Of a DNA stretch of 64,000 nt, positions 25,032-35,570 are shown in pieces (positions within the stretch are counted from its first letter, which is position 1; the number at the start of each line of letters is the position of its first letter). The notes below the pieces were generated by a model that was not told the DNA's origin, made no database searches, and saw nothing but the letters and a program-made list of their open reading frames with translations. A program made the position numbers and the translations under genes. This DNA comes from Dehalococcoidia bacterium (lineage in GTDB: Bacteria > Chloroflexota > Dehalococcoidia > UBA2979): assembly GCA_965219085.1 (NCBI GenBank), contig OZ244720.1:707684-771683 (forward strand), written 5' to 3'.

Positions 25032-26789
25032 ATGCGAGAACACGAGGTTCCCACCCACGTGCAGGCCGAGGACCGCGTCCTGCTGTGGTTCACGTTTCCC
25101 CAGATCGTGGCGATGACGGCCGTCTGCGCCCTCGCCTACGGCGTCTACCGCTACGCCCCGTTCGGTCCTTCCGAGGTGCGCATGGCGCTGGCCGTGCTCT
25201 TCGGGCTGGCGGGGCTGGCGGTCGTCGCGGGGCGGATCGGCGGCAGGCGGCTGCCGCTCGTGGCGGCCGACCTGCTGCGGTACGGGCTGGGGGCGCGGCG
25301 CTACGCCGGGCCTCCGGCCGAGCTGGTGCGCAGCGAACAGCCCGCGCCGGCGCAGCCCGCCGAGCGGAATGCCGATCCCGTGCGGCTGCTGGCGCGGCGC
25401 GTGCTGCGCCGGACCCGCCGCGTGAGCCAGCGGCGCAAGGAGGGCGAGCGCCGCAACGGGCGCATGCCCTTCCGCCCCCACCGCCTCTTCGGCAAGCGCC
25501 GCCGCGGCGGCGAGGAGCCCGAGAGCGACAAGCGGGCAGCGACCCGGGAGGACCGGGAGCAGCGGCTCGGCTCGCAGCGGCGAGGCCGGCGCGGCTTCTG
25601 GAAGACCTTCCTGGCGGCGGCCGCGCTGGCGCTGGTCGTCCTCACCGCCCTGCCGCTCGCGGCGGCGCTCGCCCAGGAGCCCGGCGGGGAGGGCTGGAGC
25701 TCGGACGAGATCGAGTTCCAGCCCCCGCCGGAGGTTCCCGGGCGGCGGCTCTTCGTCGAGGAGCTGACCGTCGGCGGCGAGCGGGCCGAGGTCGTCCTGC
25801 GGGCGGCCACCGACCTGGACCTGCGGGTGCGGGCCTACGGCGGAGCCGAGGGGCGCTCGTCCCGCTACTACGCGCTGGCCTCGCTGGAGGCGGGCGAGCG
25901 CGTCCGCTACGACCTGCCCCTGCATGGCCCTTCCCCTTCGCTTGTCTTCTCCTGGCAGGACGAACTGGGGCAGGCCGGGGCCGTCAGCCTCGACGGTGAG
26001 CGGCTCCCCTGGCCGCTGCCCGCCGTCACGGGCGAGCTGTGCGTCCTGCGCGTCGTCTCGCTCGGCTGGACGCCGGGGGCCGTCGAGGGGGCGATCACCT
26101 CGGAGTGCGTGAGCACGACCGAGGAAGCGGTCGTCCTGCAGACGGTCACCGGGCACGCCGACGTGACCACGACGGCCCTGCTGGAAGGCGAGGTCGTTGC
26201 CGTCACCGGGACCATCACGGTCGGCGGAGACGGCTCTGAGACGAGCGTCACGTTTGTCACCGGCGGCAAGACCCGCTTCCGGCTCCCGGTCGCGGCGGGC
26301 GAGGCCGTCCACGCCCTCGCCATCGAGGCGGACCTGGAGGCGTCGCTGCGCATCGCTCTGCCGCCGCTCGTGGAGCTGACGCACTACCCGCGGCGCGTCG
26401 AGCAACTCACGGAGACGGCGGAGGTCAGCATCCCCGCCTTCGGCGACACCGTGACGGAGACGTTCGCGGTGCCCGGCGAGGACGGCGCCTTCACGGAGCA
26501 CAGCGTGACGGCCAGCTGCCACGTCCCCGCCTCGACCGTCCGCCAGGACGTCGTCTTCAGCGTCGTCCACGACGAGCGCGTCGAGGCCGCGGTCACGGAG
26601 CGGGCGCCGCTCGCGCGCAGCCGCGAAGAGGCCCTGGCGCTGGCATCGAGCATCCGGGCAGACGACGCCTACGTGGCGCTGGTCGTGCCGGAGCCCGAGC
26701 CCGAGCCGGACCCGGTCACGCAGACGCCCGCCGGAGACGGCGAGCTGCGGGGTCTCTTCGACCAGCTCGGCTGGGAGTGGGTCTGGTGA
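25032..26789 (+). CDS. Type IV secretion-associated membrane protein (PrgI/VirB3-like N-terminus plus a large extracytoplasmic domain)
   Basis: ATG at 25032. The N-terminus has two TM helices (LLWFTFPQIVAMTAVCALAYGVY). It lies between the pilin and VirB4 genes. Confidence 0.45.
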   Translation: MREHEVPTHVQAEDRVLLWFTFPQIVAMTAVCALAYGVYRYAPFGPSEVRMALAVLFGLAGLAVVAGRIGGRRLPLVAADLLRYGLGARRYAGPPAELVRSEQPAPAQPAERNADPVRLLARRVLRRTRRVSQRRKEGERRNGRMPFRPHRLFGKRRRGGEEPESDKRAATREDREQRLGSQRRGRRGFWKTFLAAAALALVVLTALPLAAALAQEPGGEGWSSDEIEFQPPPEVPGRRLFVEELTVGGERAEVVLRAATDLDLRVRAYGGAEGRSSRYYALASLEAGERVRYDLPLHGPSPSLVFSWQDELGQAGAVSLDGERLPWPLPAVTGELCVLRVVSLGWTPGAVEGAITSECVSTTEEAVVLQTVTGHADVTTTALLEGEVVAVTGTITVGGDGSETSVTFVTGGKTRFRLPVAAGEAVHALAIEADLEASLRIALPPLVELTHYPRRVEQLTETAEVSIPAFGDTVTETFAVPGEDGAFTEHSVTASCHVPASTVRQDVVFSVVHDERVEAAVTERAPLARSREEALALASSIRADDAYVALVVPEPEPEPDPVTQTPAGDGELRGLFDQLGWEWVW

Positions 26790-27103
26790 GGCGGCTCACG
26801 ACCGCCCTGCTCTTCGCCGGGGTCGCGCTGGTCACCACCGGCGCGGCCCCGGCCGAGGAGCTGGCAATGCTCAACGCCTTCGACGAGGCGCTGACGGCGA
26901 TGGCCTACGCCGCCGCCGGGGTCTGCGTCTTCGCCATCGTCTGGGCGGGCTTCCTGCTCATGGCCGACGGCGCCGACGAGCGCGGCGGCGGACGCGCGAA
27001 GAGCGCTGTCTTCCTCGCGGTGTTTGGGCTCGCCCTCGTGCTCTCGGCCAAGGGCGTGGCCGCGCTGCTGCGCCTGGGCGTCGTCCCGATCCCGATCCCC
27101 TAG
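26777..27103 (+). CDS. Small membrane protein of 108 aa
   Basis: GTG at 26777 overlaps the upstream stop. It has two hydrophobic helices. Confidence 0.45.
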   Translation: MGLVRRLTTALLFAGVALVTTGAAPAEELAMLNAFDEALTAMAYAAAGVCVFAIVWAGFLLMADGADERGGGRAKSAVFLAVFGLALVLSAKGVAALLRLGVVPIPIP

Positions 27104-27122
27104 CACCAAGGAGCACACCCCC

Positions 27123-29426
27123 ATGAGACCACTACTCGAACTCGCGAAGCGCGCGGCGGCGATCCTGCCCGGCGGGGCCGCCGCCCAACGGATCGAACCC
27201 GAGGCGGAGACCCCGGTGCCGAAGCCCCCGCCGGGGCTGCCGCTCGCCTTCATGCTCTCGCACCTGGAGGAGGACGGCCCGGTACGCCTCGACGGCGTGA
27301 AGCTCGGCGTCTGCGAGGTGCTGGGCCTCGAGCTGGACGAGCCGAAGCTGGGGGCCTTCGCGGGCGCGCTCAACGCCTGCGACTTCCCGTTGCAGCTGCT
27401 CGTGCGCCAGCACCCACCCGGGCTCGGGAAGCTGCGGGAGGATCTCGCGGAGTCACAGCCCGAGGACCTGCCCCCGCAGACGGAGGCCGCCGCGGACTCG
27501 CTGCGGCGACTGCTGGGCGAGCTGGAGCGCCGCGACGGCATCCTCGACCGCCGCTTCTACGCTGTCTGCGAGCACGAGCGGATAGGCGAGCTGCGGGGCC
27601 TGCTGGCGCGGGCCGGACTCTCCGTCCACCCGCTTGTGGGCCGCCAGTTGCGCATGCTGCTGCTCGCCTCGGCCCTCGGCGGCTCGCCGCGCGAGATCGA
27701 CGAAGACACGCCCACCGAGGTCACGGTCAACCGCCGCGACATCCGCGTCGGGGACCGCCTCGTGCGCTCGCTGCATCTCGGGAAGTGGCCGCGCTCCCTC
27801 TCGCCCGGCTTCCTCCAGAACCTGATGGCGACCGGCGCGCCGATGGACCTCTCCCTCCACCTCGGGCCGATCCCCGCCGCGCAGGCGGCGCGCACGCTGG
27901 AGTGGCAGAAGGTCCGCTTCGAGTCGGCGCAGAGCCTCTCCTTCAAGCGCGGGCGCTCGATGTCCTCGGAGGCGGAGATCGCCCTCGAGGACGTGATGCG
28001 GCTGCGCGACGAGGTGCAGCGCGGGCGCGAACGCCTCTTCCACGCCTCCCTCTCGGTCACGCTCCACGCCGATGACGAGGAGTCCCTGAAGGAGCTGACC
28101 CAGCGGGCCAAGGCCCACTTCGCGGCCTCCCTGGGGAAGCTGGACGCCCTTCCCTTCCGCCAGCGCGAGGGCCTGCTCGCGACGCTGCCGCTGGCGCTCA
28201 ACGCCGTCGCCGTCTGGCGCACGCTCGACACCTCGTCGCTGGCCCGTCTCTACCCCTTCTCCCCGCCCGACCTCGACACCCGTGGCGGCACGCTCTACGG
28301 CATCGACATGCGGGCGTCGTCGCCCGTCGTCTACGACCCCTGGGACGGCACGCACCTCAATGCCAACACCGCCGTGCTCGCGCGCTCGGGAAGCGGGAAA
28401 TCGTTCGCGACCAAGCTGGGCGTGCTGCGCGGGCTCTGCCGGGGCGTCACCGCCTACGTGATCGACCCCGAGGGCGAGTACGCGGACATGGCCCGCGCCG
28501 CGGGCGGACGCGTGCTCTCGCCGGGCGTCGCGGGCGAGGGCATGAACCCCTTCGTCATCGACTCGGGCGATCCCGAGGAGCTGCTGCTGCGCATCGGCAG
28601 CCTCAGGCGGCTGATCGAGGTGATGATCGGGGAGTCGCTCGGCGCCGAGCGGCGAGCCGCCCTCGACCACGCCCTCGCCGCCTACTACGCGCAGCCGCGC
28701 GAACGCACCGGCTTCCGCGACTTCTACGCGTTCCTCAAGGGCGACGAAGCCGATGGCGACCCCGGCCTTGCCAGGCTGCTGCGGCCCTTCGCCACGGGCA
28801 GCCTCCGCCACCTGCTCACCGACGAGGGCGACGACCTGCTCAAGAGCGAAGCGCTGGTGACGGTCTTCGACCTGCGGCTGCTGGAGCCGGAGCTGCGGCC
28901 GGCCGCAGCGATGGTCTGCACCGAGACGGTCTGGGCCGCCGCCGCGCGCGACCCGAAGCCGCGATTGCTGGTCGTCGACGAGGTCTGGTCGATCATGCAG
29001 CACCCCGAGGGCGCGGCCTTCATGGTCTCGCTGGCGAAGCGGGCGCGGAAGCACCGGCTGGGACTGCAGTTCATTACCCAGGACGTGCAGGACCTGCTCT
29101 CCGAGGACCCCTCGCGCGCGATCACCGGCCACTCGGGTCGCGCGCTGCTTCAGAACGCCGCCTTCAAGCTCCTCCTCCAGCAGGACGCCGCCGCCATCTC
29201 GACCGTCGGCGACGCCTTCGACCTCCCCCAGGACCTGCAGCGCTGGCTGCTGTCGTGTCCGCGCGGCGACGGGCTCCTCCTCGCCCGCGGCAACCGCTTC
29301 CCGATCCGCATCGAGGCGACGCCCGAGGAGGCGGAGCTGATCGAGTGGCGGCCCGGCTCGCACCGGCAGGGCAGCGCGACCCCAGCGCCGCAGGAGCCGG
29401 CCGTTCCCGAACCGGGCGACCGATAG
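27123..29426 (+). CDS. VirB4/TrbE-like conjugative ATPase
   Basis: ATG at 27123 is preceded by AAGGAG. Walker A is VLARSGSGKSF and Walker B is RLLVVDEVW. The protein is 767 aa. Confidence 0.8.
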   Translation: MRPLLELAKRAAAILPGGAAAQRIEPEAETPVPKPPPGLPLAFMLSHLEEDGPVRLDGVKLGVCEVLGLELDEPKLGAFAGALNACDFPLQLLVRQHPPGLGKLREDLAESQPEDLPPQTEAAADSLRRLLGELERRDGILDRRFYAVCEHERIGELRGLLARAGLSVHPLVGRQLRMLLLASALGGSPREIDEDTPTEVTVNRRDIRVGDRLVRSLHLGKWPRSLSPGFLQNLMATGAPMDLSLHLGPIPAAQAARTLEWQKVRFESAQSLSFKRGRSMSSEAEIALEDVMRLRDEVQRGRERLFHASLSVTLHADDEESLKELTQRAKAHFAASLGKLDALPFRQREGLLATLPLALNAVAVWRTLDTSSLARLYPFSPPDLDTRGGTLYGIDMRASSPVVYDPWDGTHLNANTAVLARSGSGKSFATKLGVLRGLCRGVTAYVIDPEGEYADMARAAGGRVLSPGVAGEGMNPFVIDSGDPEELLLRIGSLRRLIEVMIGESLGAERRAALDHALAAYYAQPRERTGFRDFYAFLKGDEADGDPGLARLLRPFATGSLRHLLTDEGDDLLKSEALVTVFDLRLLEPELRPAAAMVCTETVWAAAARDPKPRLLVVDEVWSIMQHPEGAAFMVSLAKRARKHRLGLQFITQDVQDLLSEDPSRAITGHSGRALLQNAAFKLLLQQDAAAISTVGDAFDLPQDLQRWLLSCPRGDGLLLARGNRFPIRIEATPEEAELIEWRPGSHRQGSATPAPQEPAVPEPGDR

Positions 29427-29509
29427 GGATGAGCAGGGAGGACGCAGCGATGACCAGCACGGCCCGGCCGTAACGCCAACCCGACCAACACACCGAGAGG
29501 AACACCAAG

Positions 29510-32089
29510 ATGAGACTCAACCCCTTCCGCAGAGCGACGCCCAGGCCGCCTGTCCTGCTGGCGGTGACGCCGCCGCGCTCGGGCGAGCGCACGCTGCTCG
29601 GCGTCGAGAACCTGCTCGCCTCGATCGCCGTCCCTGAACCCTTTGCCCTCGAGCTGGCCGGCGACGAGGACGGCGTCACGCTCATGGCGCGTTGCCTCGA
29701 CGAGCAGGTCGTGCGCGGCCAGATCGCCACCCACTACCCGCAGGCCCGCATCCAAGCGCTGGAGCCGGAACAGGATCCCCTGCGCCTCGCCGAGGGCGAG
29801 CAAGCCTGGGGCACGACCGTGCGCGCGAGCGGCCCCGAGTATGTCTCCCTGCGCGTCTTCCGCGACGACGACCTGCTCGACGCCGGCTCCGACCCGCTCC
29901 TCTCCCTGCTTGGCGCGCTCTCGTCGCTGCGGGAGGGCGAGCGCGTCGTCGCCCGCCTGCTGCTGCGCTCGCTCGGTCCCGACTGGTCCCAGGCCCACCA
30001 GCTCAAGGCCCACCAGCGGCCCGTGCAGGAGCCGCATGACAGCGCCTACACGAGCCAGGTCCGCCAGCACCGCAACGACGGCGTGGCGATGGCCGTCCTC
30101 GGCGCTGGCGCCATCGCCGCCATCAAGGGCTACCAGTGGTGGCAGGCTGGCGAGACCTGGAAGGCGGTCGCCCTCGGCGGCGGCATCGCCCTCACCCTCG
30201 CGGCCGCTGGCTGGGCCTGGGCGCGCTTCCAGCGCGCCCGCAACCGCATCCACGACCCGCTCCTGATCAAGGAGAAGGTCTCGCGCATCGCCTTCGACGC
30301 CGAAATCCAGATCGTCGCGATCCTGCCGGCGAAGAGCGCGAAGGACGGGAGGCGACGGGCGCGGGAGCTGCTCGAGCCGGTGGCGGCCGCCTACCGCCAC
30401 TACGACCACCCCGCGGGCGCCCGCCTGCGGGCCGGGAAGGTGCGGGCCGTGGCGCCCGACCCCGCCCTGCTGCACCCTTCCGGCCCCCGGCTGCTCGGCG
30501 GGCGCAGCGTGCTCGGCGTGCGCGAGGCGGCGGCCCTCTGGCATCCGCCCGGCGCGCGCGACGAGACGCCGCTCGTGGAGCGCTCCGGCGCCAGGGTGCT
30601 GCTGCCCTCCGCCCGGGGCGTCAGGGGCGGCGCGCACGTGGGCGACACCACCGCGGGCAATCCCCGGCCCGTGCACTTCCCCGACGACCTGCTGCGCCGC
30701 CATCACTTCTACGTGGCGCGTACGCGCATGGGCAAGTCGACGCTCATGCACCACCTCGTCGTCCACAAGCTCCGCGAGAAGGCGGCGGGCCGCGACGGTG
30801 ACGCGATCGTCGTCGTCGACCCACACGCCGACCTCGTGGGCGCCCTCCTCGGGCAGGTGCCCGAGTCGCTCGCCGGCCAGGTGCGCCTCGTCGACCTCGC
30901 CGCCCCGGGCGGCTACCCGGGCATCAACCTGCTCGACACGCGGGTTTTCGCCGACCGCGACCGCACCGCCGACTCGGTCGTGCGCGTGGCGAGGGGCCTC
31001 TGGGAGCAGTGGGGCCCGCGCATGCAGTCGATCCTCGAGCAGACCGTGAAGACCCTGCACGAGGCCAACGCCCACCCCGCCACCGCCGCCGACGAGCAGC
31101 ACACGATCCTCGACGGCCTGCCGCTGCTCTCCGACGACGGCTTCCGCGGACACGTCCTGGAGCGGGTCTCCGACCCCTTCCTGCTCGACTGGTGGGCGCG
31201 CGACTTCGGGGGCTGGCGACGCGAGTACCGCGCCGAAGCGCTCGCGCCCGTGCAGACGCGCCTCTCCTACTACGCCTCCTCGAAGCGGGCGCGCGCCATT
31301 CTCGGTCAGCCCCGCTCCACCATCGACCTCAGGCGCACGATCCTCGACGGCGGCATCCTCTTCGTCTCCACCGCGCAGGGCACGGCAGGGCGCGACGTCG
31401 CCGCCCTCGTGGGCGCGTCGATCCTCAACCTCGTCGACGCCGTCATCCGCGAGCAGGGTGACCTGCCGCCGGAACGGCGACGCGGCGCGCTCGTCGTCGT
31501 GGACGAGATGCAGTCGATGCCGGGCGTCGACTACGAGTCGATGCTCTCCGAGCTGGGCAAGTTCGGGGCCTCGTTCGTGCTCGCCACGCAGAGCCTCGAC
31601 AAGCTCGAGGACCTCTCACGCACGATGCGCAACACCCTGCTCGCCAACGTCGGCTGCCTCGCCGTCTTCCAGGTGGCCGGCTCCGACGCGCGCGAGCTCG
31701 TCTGGGAGCTGGACCGCGACCGCATCTCCGAGGAGGACATCGTCTCCCTGCCCGTGCACCACTGCTACGTGCGCGCCACCGTGGGAACGGAGCGCATGCC
31801 GGCCTTCTCGATGCAGGTCCTCAAGCCGGAGGAGGGCGACGCGGATGTCGCCGCGGGCATCCGCGCCGAGGCGTCCTCCTACCTCCTCACCGAGGAGGAG
31901 ATCGCCGCCGGCCAGGCGGAGGGCCGCAGGCGCGTGGAGGAGTACCGCAAGGGCGTCGAGGCGCTCCGCGCCGGCGAGGCTCCCCCGGCAGCGCAGGGCG
32001 ACGGCGCGTCGGTGGACCCCGTGCGCGGGAAGCCGCGCAGCAAGCACTTCCAGCCGCCCGCCGGGGGCTCCGGGGAGGATGAGGCGTGA
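29510..32089 (+). CDS. Type IV coupling protein (VirD4/TraD-like)
   Basis: ATG at 29510. It has an N-terminal TM pair, Walker A YVARTRMGKST and Walker B ALVVVDEMQS. The protein is 859 aa. Confidence 0.75.
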   Translation: MRLNPFRRATPRPPVLLAVTPPRSGERTLLGVENLLASIAVPEPFALELAGDEDGVTLMARCLDEQVVRGQIATHYPQARIQALEPEQDPLRLAEGEQAWGTTVRASGPEYVSLRVFRDDDLLDAGSDPLLSLLGALSSLREGERVVARLLLRSLGPDWSQAHQLKAHQRPVQEPHDSAYTSQVRQHRNDGVAMAVLGAGAIAAIKGYQWWQAGETWKAVALGGGIALTLAAAGWAWARFQRARNRIHDPLLIKEKVSRIAFDAEIQIVAILPAKSAKDGRRRARELLEPVAAAYRHYDHPAGARLRAGKVRAVAPDPALLHPSGPRLLGGRSVLGVREAAALWHPPGARDETPLVERSGARVLLPSARGVRGGAHVGDTTAGNPRPVHFPDDLLRRHHFYVARTRMGKSTLMHHLVVHKLREKAAGRDGDAIVVVDPHADLVGALLGQVPESLAGQVRLVDLAAPGGYPGINLLDTRVFADRDRTADSVVRVARGLWEQWGPRMQSILEQTVKTLHEANAHPATAADEQHTILDGLPLLSDDGFRGHVLERVSDPFLLDWWARDFGGWRREYRAEALAPVQTRLSYYASSKRARAILGQPRSTIDLRRTILDGGILFVSTAQGTAGRDVAALVGASILNLVDAVIREQGDLPPERRRGALVVVDEMQSMPGVDYESMLSELGKFGASFVLATQSLDKLEDLSRTMRNTLLANVGCLAVFQVAGSDARELVWELDRDRISEEDIVSLPVHHCYVRATVGTERMPAFSMQVLKPEEGDADVAAGIRAEASSYLLTEEEIAAGQAEGRRRVEEYRKGVEALRAGEAPPAAQGDGASVDPVRGKPRSKHFQPPAGGSGEDEA

Positions 32090-33759
32090 GGCCCGAGCGC
32101 GACCTGCCGCGGCTGCTCGCGGCCATGCCTTTCCTCGACCGGCTGGAGCTGGTCGCCGTCTCCGGCTGGTCTCGGGGCGCGGTCTACGGGAGCATCCGGG
32201 CGCTGGAGGAGGCGGGGCTCGTGGCCTCCCTCCCCCACGCCTCGGAGCTCGTTGCCCCGACGCGCCGCTACGCCCTCACTGCGGCCGGCCTGCGCCGCCT
32301 CGCCGCCGAGGAGCGCGTGGGCATGCACGAGTTACTGCGCTCGCGGCCCCTCTCGGCGCATGGGCGGCGCATCCTGCTGGAGCGGCTCGACGCCGTCGCC
32401 GTCATCTACCGGCTCGCCTCCGAGATCGCCAACCTCCACTACCCGATCCGCTTCCGCTGGTACCGGGCGATGCCGATGGACGCCGCCATCGCCCTCCCGG
32501 ACGGCCGCACCGTCGCCGTCGTGCGACAGGGGCATACCGCCGATCGCACAGCCTACGCCAAGCGGCTCTGGCGGCTGCGCGAGGGGCCGCGGCCGGGCGC
32601 GTTCCTGCTGCTCGCACCCGATGAGGTGCGCCTCCGGCACACGCGCCGGCTGATGACGGGAGCGCCCGCGCCCGCCTTCCTCGCCCTGGAGCGCGATGCG
32701 ATCTCGTCAGGGCCGGGCGCCCGCATCTGGCGCACGGCGTCCGGCTCGCCCCTCCTTGGGCTCGGCGAGGTCCTGTCCCACGTCGCGGCGCGCGGCGCGT
32801 GGCCCGAGGAACAACCGCCCGCTCTGGCCTCGTTCCCGCGCGACCTGCCTGCCGATCCCCCGGGGTCCCCTGCCGACTGGATGCTCCCCGCGCTGCTCAA
32901 GCCCACCGAGAAGCGCGTCCTCGACTTGCTCTGCGACTGGCCGTGGATCACGCCCGCGCACCTCGGCGTCCTGCTCGGGCTCGGACGGTCGCGGCTCTCC
33001 GCGATCGTGCAGCGGTTGGAGGCGATGGGCCTGCTGGTCGACTCCGCTGTCGCCGGCCGCCGCCGGCTCGGCCTCAGCGACCGCGGGCTGGCGGTGCTCT
33101 CCCGGCGTGACCGCGCGTCTGTGGGCGACGCTAGAAAGCGCTGGAGCATCGCACCCCTCGATCCCGGCGCCGCCGGCTGGCGCAACGTCTCCGGCCGGCG
33201 CAGCCGCCAGCTCCTGCGCAACATCGAGCACACCGCGTCCGTGCACGCCTTCATCTCGGCGCTGGCCGAGCAGGCGCGGGCTTCCAGCTGGGAGGTCGGC
33301 GAGCTCGACCCTCCGCGCCGCGCCTCGCGGTACTTCCCCTACGACGACCGGCTGCACTCCATCCAGCCCGATGCCTTTGGGATGCTGCACCGCGGCGACG
33401 AGATTTGGCCCTTCTTCCTCGAGTGGGAGCGGCGCGCCGTGCACCCGGCCACGATGGCGGCCCGCCTCGCCCCCTACCTGCGCTACTACGCCTCCCACCG
33501 GCCCACCGACGACCACGGCGCCCGGCCGGCTGTCCTCGTCGTCTTCGACGACGAGCTCGCGGCGAACCACTTCCTGCGCGTGGCGCAGGGGGAGCTAGAG
33601 CGCGCGAGGGTCGCGGTGCCGCTGCGAGTCTCGTTCGAGCGGCTCCTGCGGGCAGAGGGGCCGCTGGGACGTGCCTGGCGCGTTCCGGGCGCGCCTCATC
33701 AACAGGCGGGGCCGCTCTCCGGCCACGCCGTCGCCTCCAGTGGGGATTCCGGGCGCTGA
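32086..33759 (+). CDS. Replication-relaxation family protein (putative relaxase or mobilisation protein with a winged-helix N-terminus)
   Basis: GTG at 32086 overlaps the coupling-protein stop (GTGA). The N-terminal winged-helix-like segment is LDRLELVAVSGWSRGAVYGSIRALEEAGLV. The gene sits directly after the coupling-protein gene. Confidence 0.5.
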   Translation: MRPERDLPRLLAAMPFLDRLELVAVSGWSRGAVYGSIRALEEAGLVASLPHASELVAPTRRYALTAAGLRRLAAEERVGMHELLRSRPLSAHGRRILLERLDAVAVIYRLASEIANLHYPIRFRWYRAMPMDAAIALPDGRTVAVVRQGHTADRTAYAKRLWRLREGPRPGAFLLLAPDEVRLRHTRRLMTGAPAPAFLALERDAISSGPGARIWRTASGSPLLGLGEVLSHVAARGAWPEEQPPALASFPRDLPADPPGSPADWMLPALLKPTEKRVLDLLCDWPWITPAHLGVLLGLGRSRLSAIVQRLEAMGLLVDSAVAGRRRLGLSDRGLAVLSRRDRASVGDARKRWSIAPLDPGAAGWRNVSGRRSRQLLRNIEHTASVHAFISALAEQARASSWEVGELDPPRRASRYFPYDDRLHSIQPDAFGMLHRGDEIWPFFLEWERRAVHPATMAARLAPYLRYYASHRPTDDHGARPAVLVVFDDELAANHFLRVAQGELERARVAVPLRVSFERLLRAEGPLGRAWRVPGAPHQQAGPLSGHAVASSGDSGR

Positions 33760-33835
33760 GGGCGGCGCGCCGTACGCTGGCCGCTGTTGGGGTCACCCGG
33801 CAGGCGGCGGGGACAGGCGCTCCCGCAATGGGACG

Positions 33836-34291
33836 CTACGCGACCGCCCGACCCGCCTCCAGGCGCTCTGCGCAGGTGGGACACACGGCGGTACTGGGCT
33901 CCCCGGCCGCCGGCAGCAGGTGATGCAGCAGCCCCAGCTCGAGGGCGAGATTGAACAGCGCGACCAAGTGCCCCTGGTCCGGTCTCGTGCCCGACCGCCA
34001 GCGCCGCACGCAGCGGGCGTTCAGGCGCAGCCGCCGCGCAAGCCCCCGCCACGACAGCCCGGCCGCCTGCAGGAAGCGCTCCAGCCGCTGCGGGAAGTCC
34101 GGCGGGAAGGGCGATGGCTCCACATGGTAGACCCACTGCTGTTGCCGACCCACGTTCACGCCGTCCCACCGCCGGAGCCAGCCGCCTCGGCATCGAGAAC
34201 GGCCAGCGTCAGCCGCATCATGGTGCACATGCCGCCTTCCGTCAGGCCCGGCCGCGGGGCCGCCTCCTCCAGCCGCTCCTCGAACGCGCAC
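33836..34291 (-). CDS. Small HTH protein, paralog of the 34419-34721 gene; start uncertain
   Basis: The HTH is FPQRLERFLQAAGLSWRGLARRLRLNARCVRRWRSG, similar to the neighbouring gene. A true start near 34132 (VYHVEPSPFPP) is possible. Confidence 0.4.
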   Translation of the reverse strand: MRVRGAAGGGGPAAGPDGRRHVHHDAADAGRSRCRGGWLRRWDGVNVGRQQQWVYHVEPSPFPPDFPQRLERFLQAAGLSWRGLARRLRLNARCVRRWRSGTRPDQGHLVALFNLALELGLLHHLLPAAGEPSTAVCPTCAERLEAGRAVA

Positions 34292-34418
34292 AGCTCGATC
34301 GCGAACTCGTCGGGCGAAGCGTCAGCGAGCTCGTCCATTCGCCGCACCCACGCACCAAGTTCCTCCGGGAAGGGCGGCGCGCGGAAGTCCGCGCTCCGAT
34401 CTCGACGTTCCACGGTTC

Positions 34419-34721
34419 CTATCTCCCCCGTCGGTATACGACGGTCACGTCCTCGCCCGTCAGGGCCGCGAGGCCCCCGGGCACGCGCATCGCCAGCCGC
34501 ACCAGCGAGAGCATCGCCCCGCCGTTGGGGGCCGCCCCCTGACGCCAGCGCAGCAGCTGGCGGCTGTCCACCCCCAGCGCCACGGCCAGCCCCTCCCAGG
34601 AGAGCCCTGTCAGCTCCTTCAGCGCCGTCAGCCGCTCGACGAAGTCCTCGGGGACCAGGGCGACGCCCGGCGGAAACGACGCGACGGCCGCGGGACCTCC
34701 GCTAGACATCGGTCCGCTCAA
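34419..34721 (-). CDS. Small HTH protein of 100 aa
   Basis: The HTH is FVERLTALKELTGLSWEGLAVALGVDSRQLLRWRQG. Confidence 0.5.
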   Translation of the reverse strand: MSGPMSSGGPAAVASFPPGVALVPEDFVERLTALKELTGLSWEGLAVALGVDSRQLLRWRQGAAPNGGAMLSLVRLAMRVPGGLAALTGEDVTVVYRRGR

Positions 34722-34944
34722 GGAAGAACAGTTCGTCGAACTCGGCGATCCCGAGCTCCGCCATGAGGCGCGCCCGCACCTTCGCCGAGGGGCTCCGCCT
34801 GCCGCTCATCAGCTGCGACAGGTAGCCAGGGTTGATGCCGACGCGCCGCGCCAACTCGGTCTGGGTCATGTTGTGGCGGGCGAGGTGCTCCCACACGACC
34901 TCGGGCCTGAGCCTCACCCGCAGCGACGGCTGCCTGCGCTTCAT
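34702..34944 (-). CDS. XRE-family HTH transcriptional regulator of 80 aa
   Basis: ATG at 34944. The HTH is MTQTELARRVGINPGYLSQLMSGRRSPS. Confidence 0.65.
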   Translation of the reverse strand: MKRRQPSLRVRLRPEVVWEHLARHNMTQTELARRVGINPGYLSQLMSGRRSPSAKVRARLMAELGIAEFDELFFLERTDV

Positions 34945-35421
34945 GCCGCGTCGTCCCTCCGCGGCGGCTCGCTGCCGGCTCGAGTGTCGCAGCCGGACGT
35001 GGGCGGTTGCCCCGCCGCGCCGTCTCCGTAACCGTCGGGGTGGGCGAGGGCGTGGCGCGCGATGATGCGGGCCAGTGCCCGCAGGCCCTCGAGGCGCATT
35101 CGCTCCTGTTCGTCGGTCAGCCGCTGCTTCGTACTCACGCTTGGGTCCCACTGAACAACTCGCTGCCGGCACCGCGCGGGGTGACAGGCTTGTGAACCAC
35201 GGGTGTACACTCGGATAGTACATCCGTTCGTTTCACGAGAGATTAGCGATTCTCGGGCGCCGAGGCAACAGTTCTGTGACCGATCCGGCCTTTTTGCAAG
35301 GAATTGCTTGCTCCGATGTCACAACGATGTAGCTGGGACGCGGCAGGCGACCTCGATCACGCTAAGGTGAACACGCAGATGAGGAGAAGGAGGCGAGGCT
35401 AACGCATCGCGGGACCCTGGA

Positions 35422-35570
35422 GTGCAGTGCGCGATCTTGGACGGGCTGCCCATGCTCTCAGAGCCCGCGTTCCGGAAGGGGGTGCTGCGCGGCGCGCGCC
35501 TCTTGGACCCGCCAGCAATCAGGCCGACGCCTTGGCACCCGTCCAGACCCGCCTCGCCTATCTCGGGATG
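35422..35570 (+). pseudogene. Decayed remnant of a coupling-protein (VirD4/TraD) gene
   Basis: The translated fragments AILDGLPMLSEPAFRKGVLRGARLLD and ADALAPVQTRLAYL (in a second frame) align to residues TILDGLPLLSDDGFRGHVLERVSDPFLLD...AEALAPVQTRLSYY of the intact coupling protein at 31090-31270. Confidence 0.6.

Noticed and set aside
23423-26570. Large minus-strand ORFs (429 aa and 761 aa) over the type IV secretion genes
   Set aside because: They are antisense to TrbL, pilin and PrgI-like genes that have ribosome-binding sites and membrane-protein features. Their composition is Arg/Gly-rich junk.
33699-34193. Overlapping ORFs on both strands across 33.7-34.3 kb
   Set aside because: Only the minus-strand frames with recognisable HTH motifs were kept. 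The exact starts remain uncertain.
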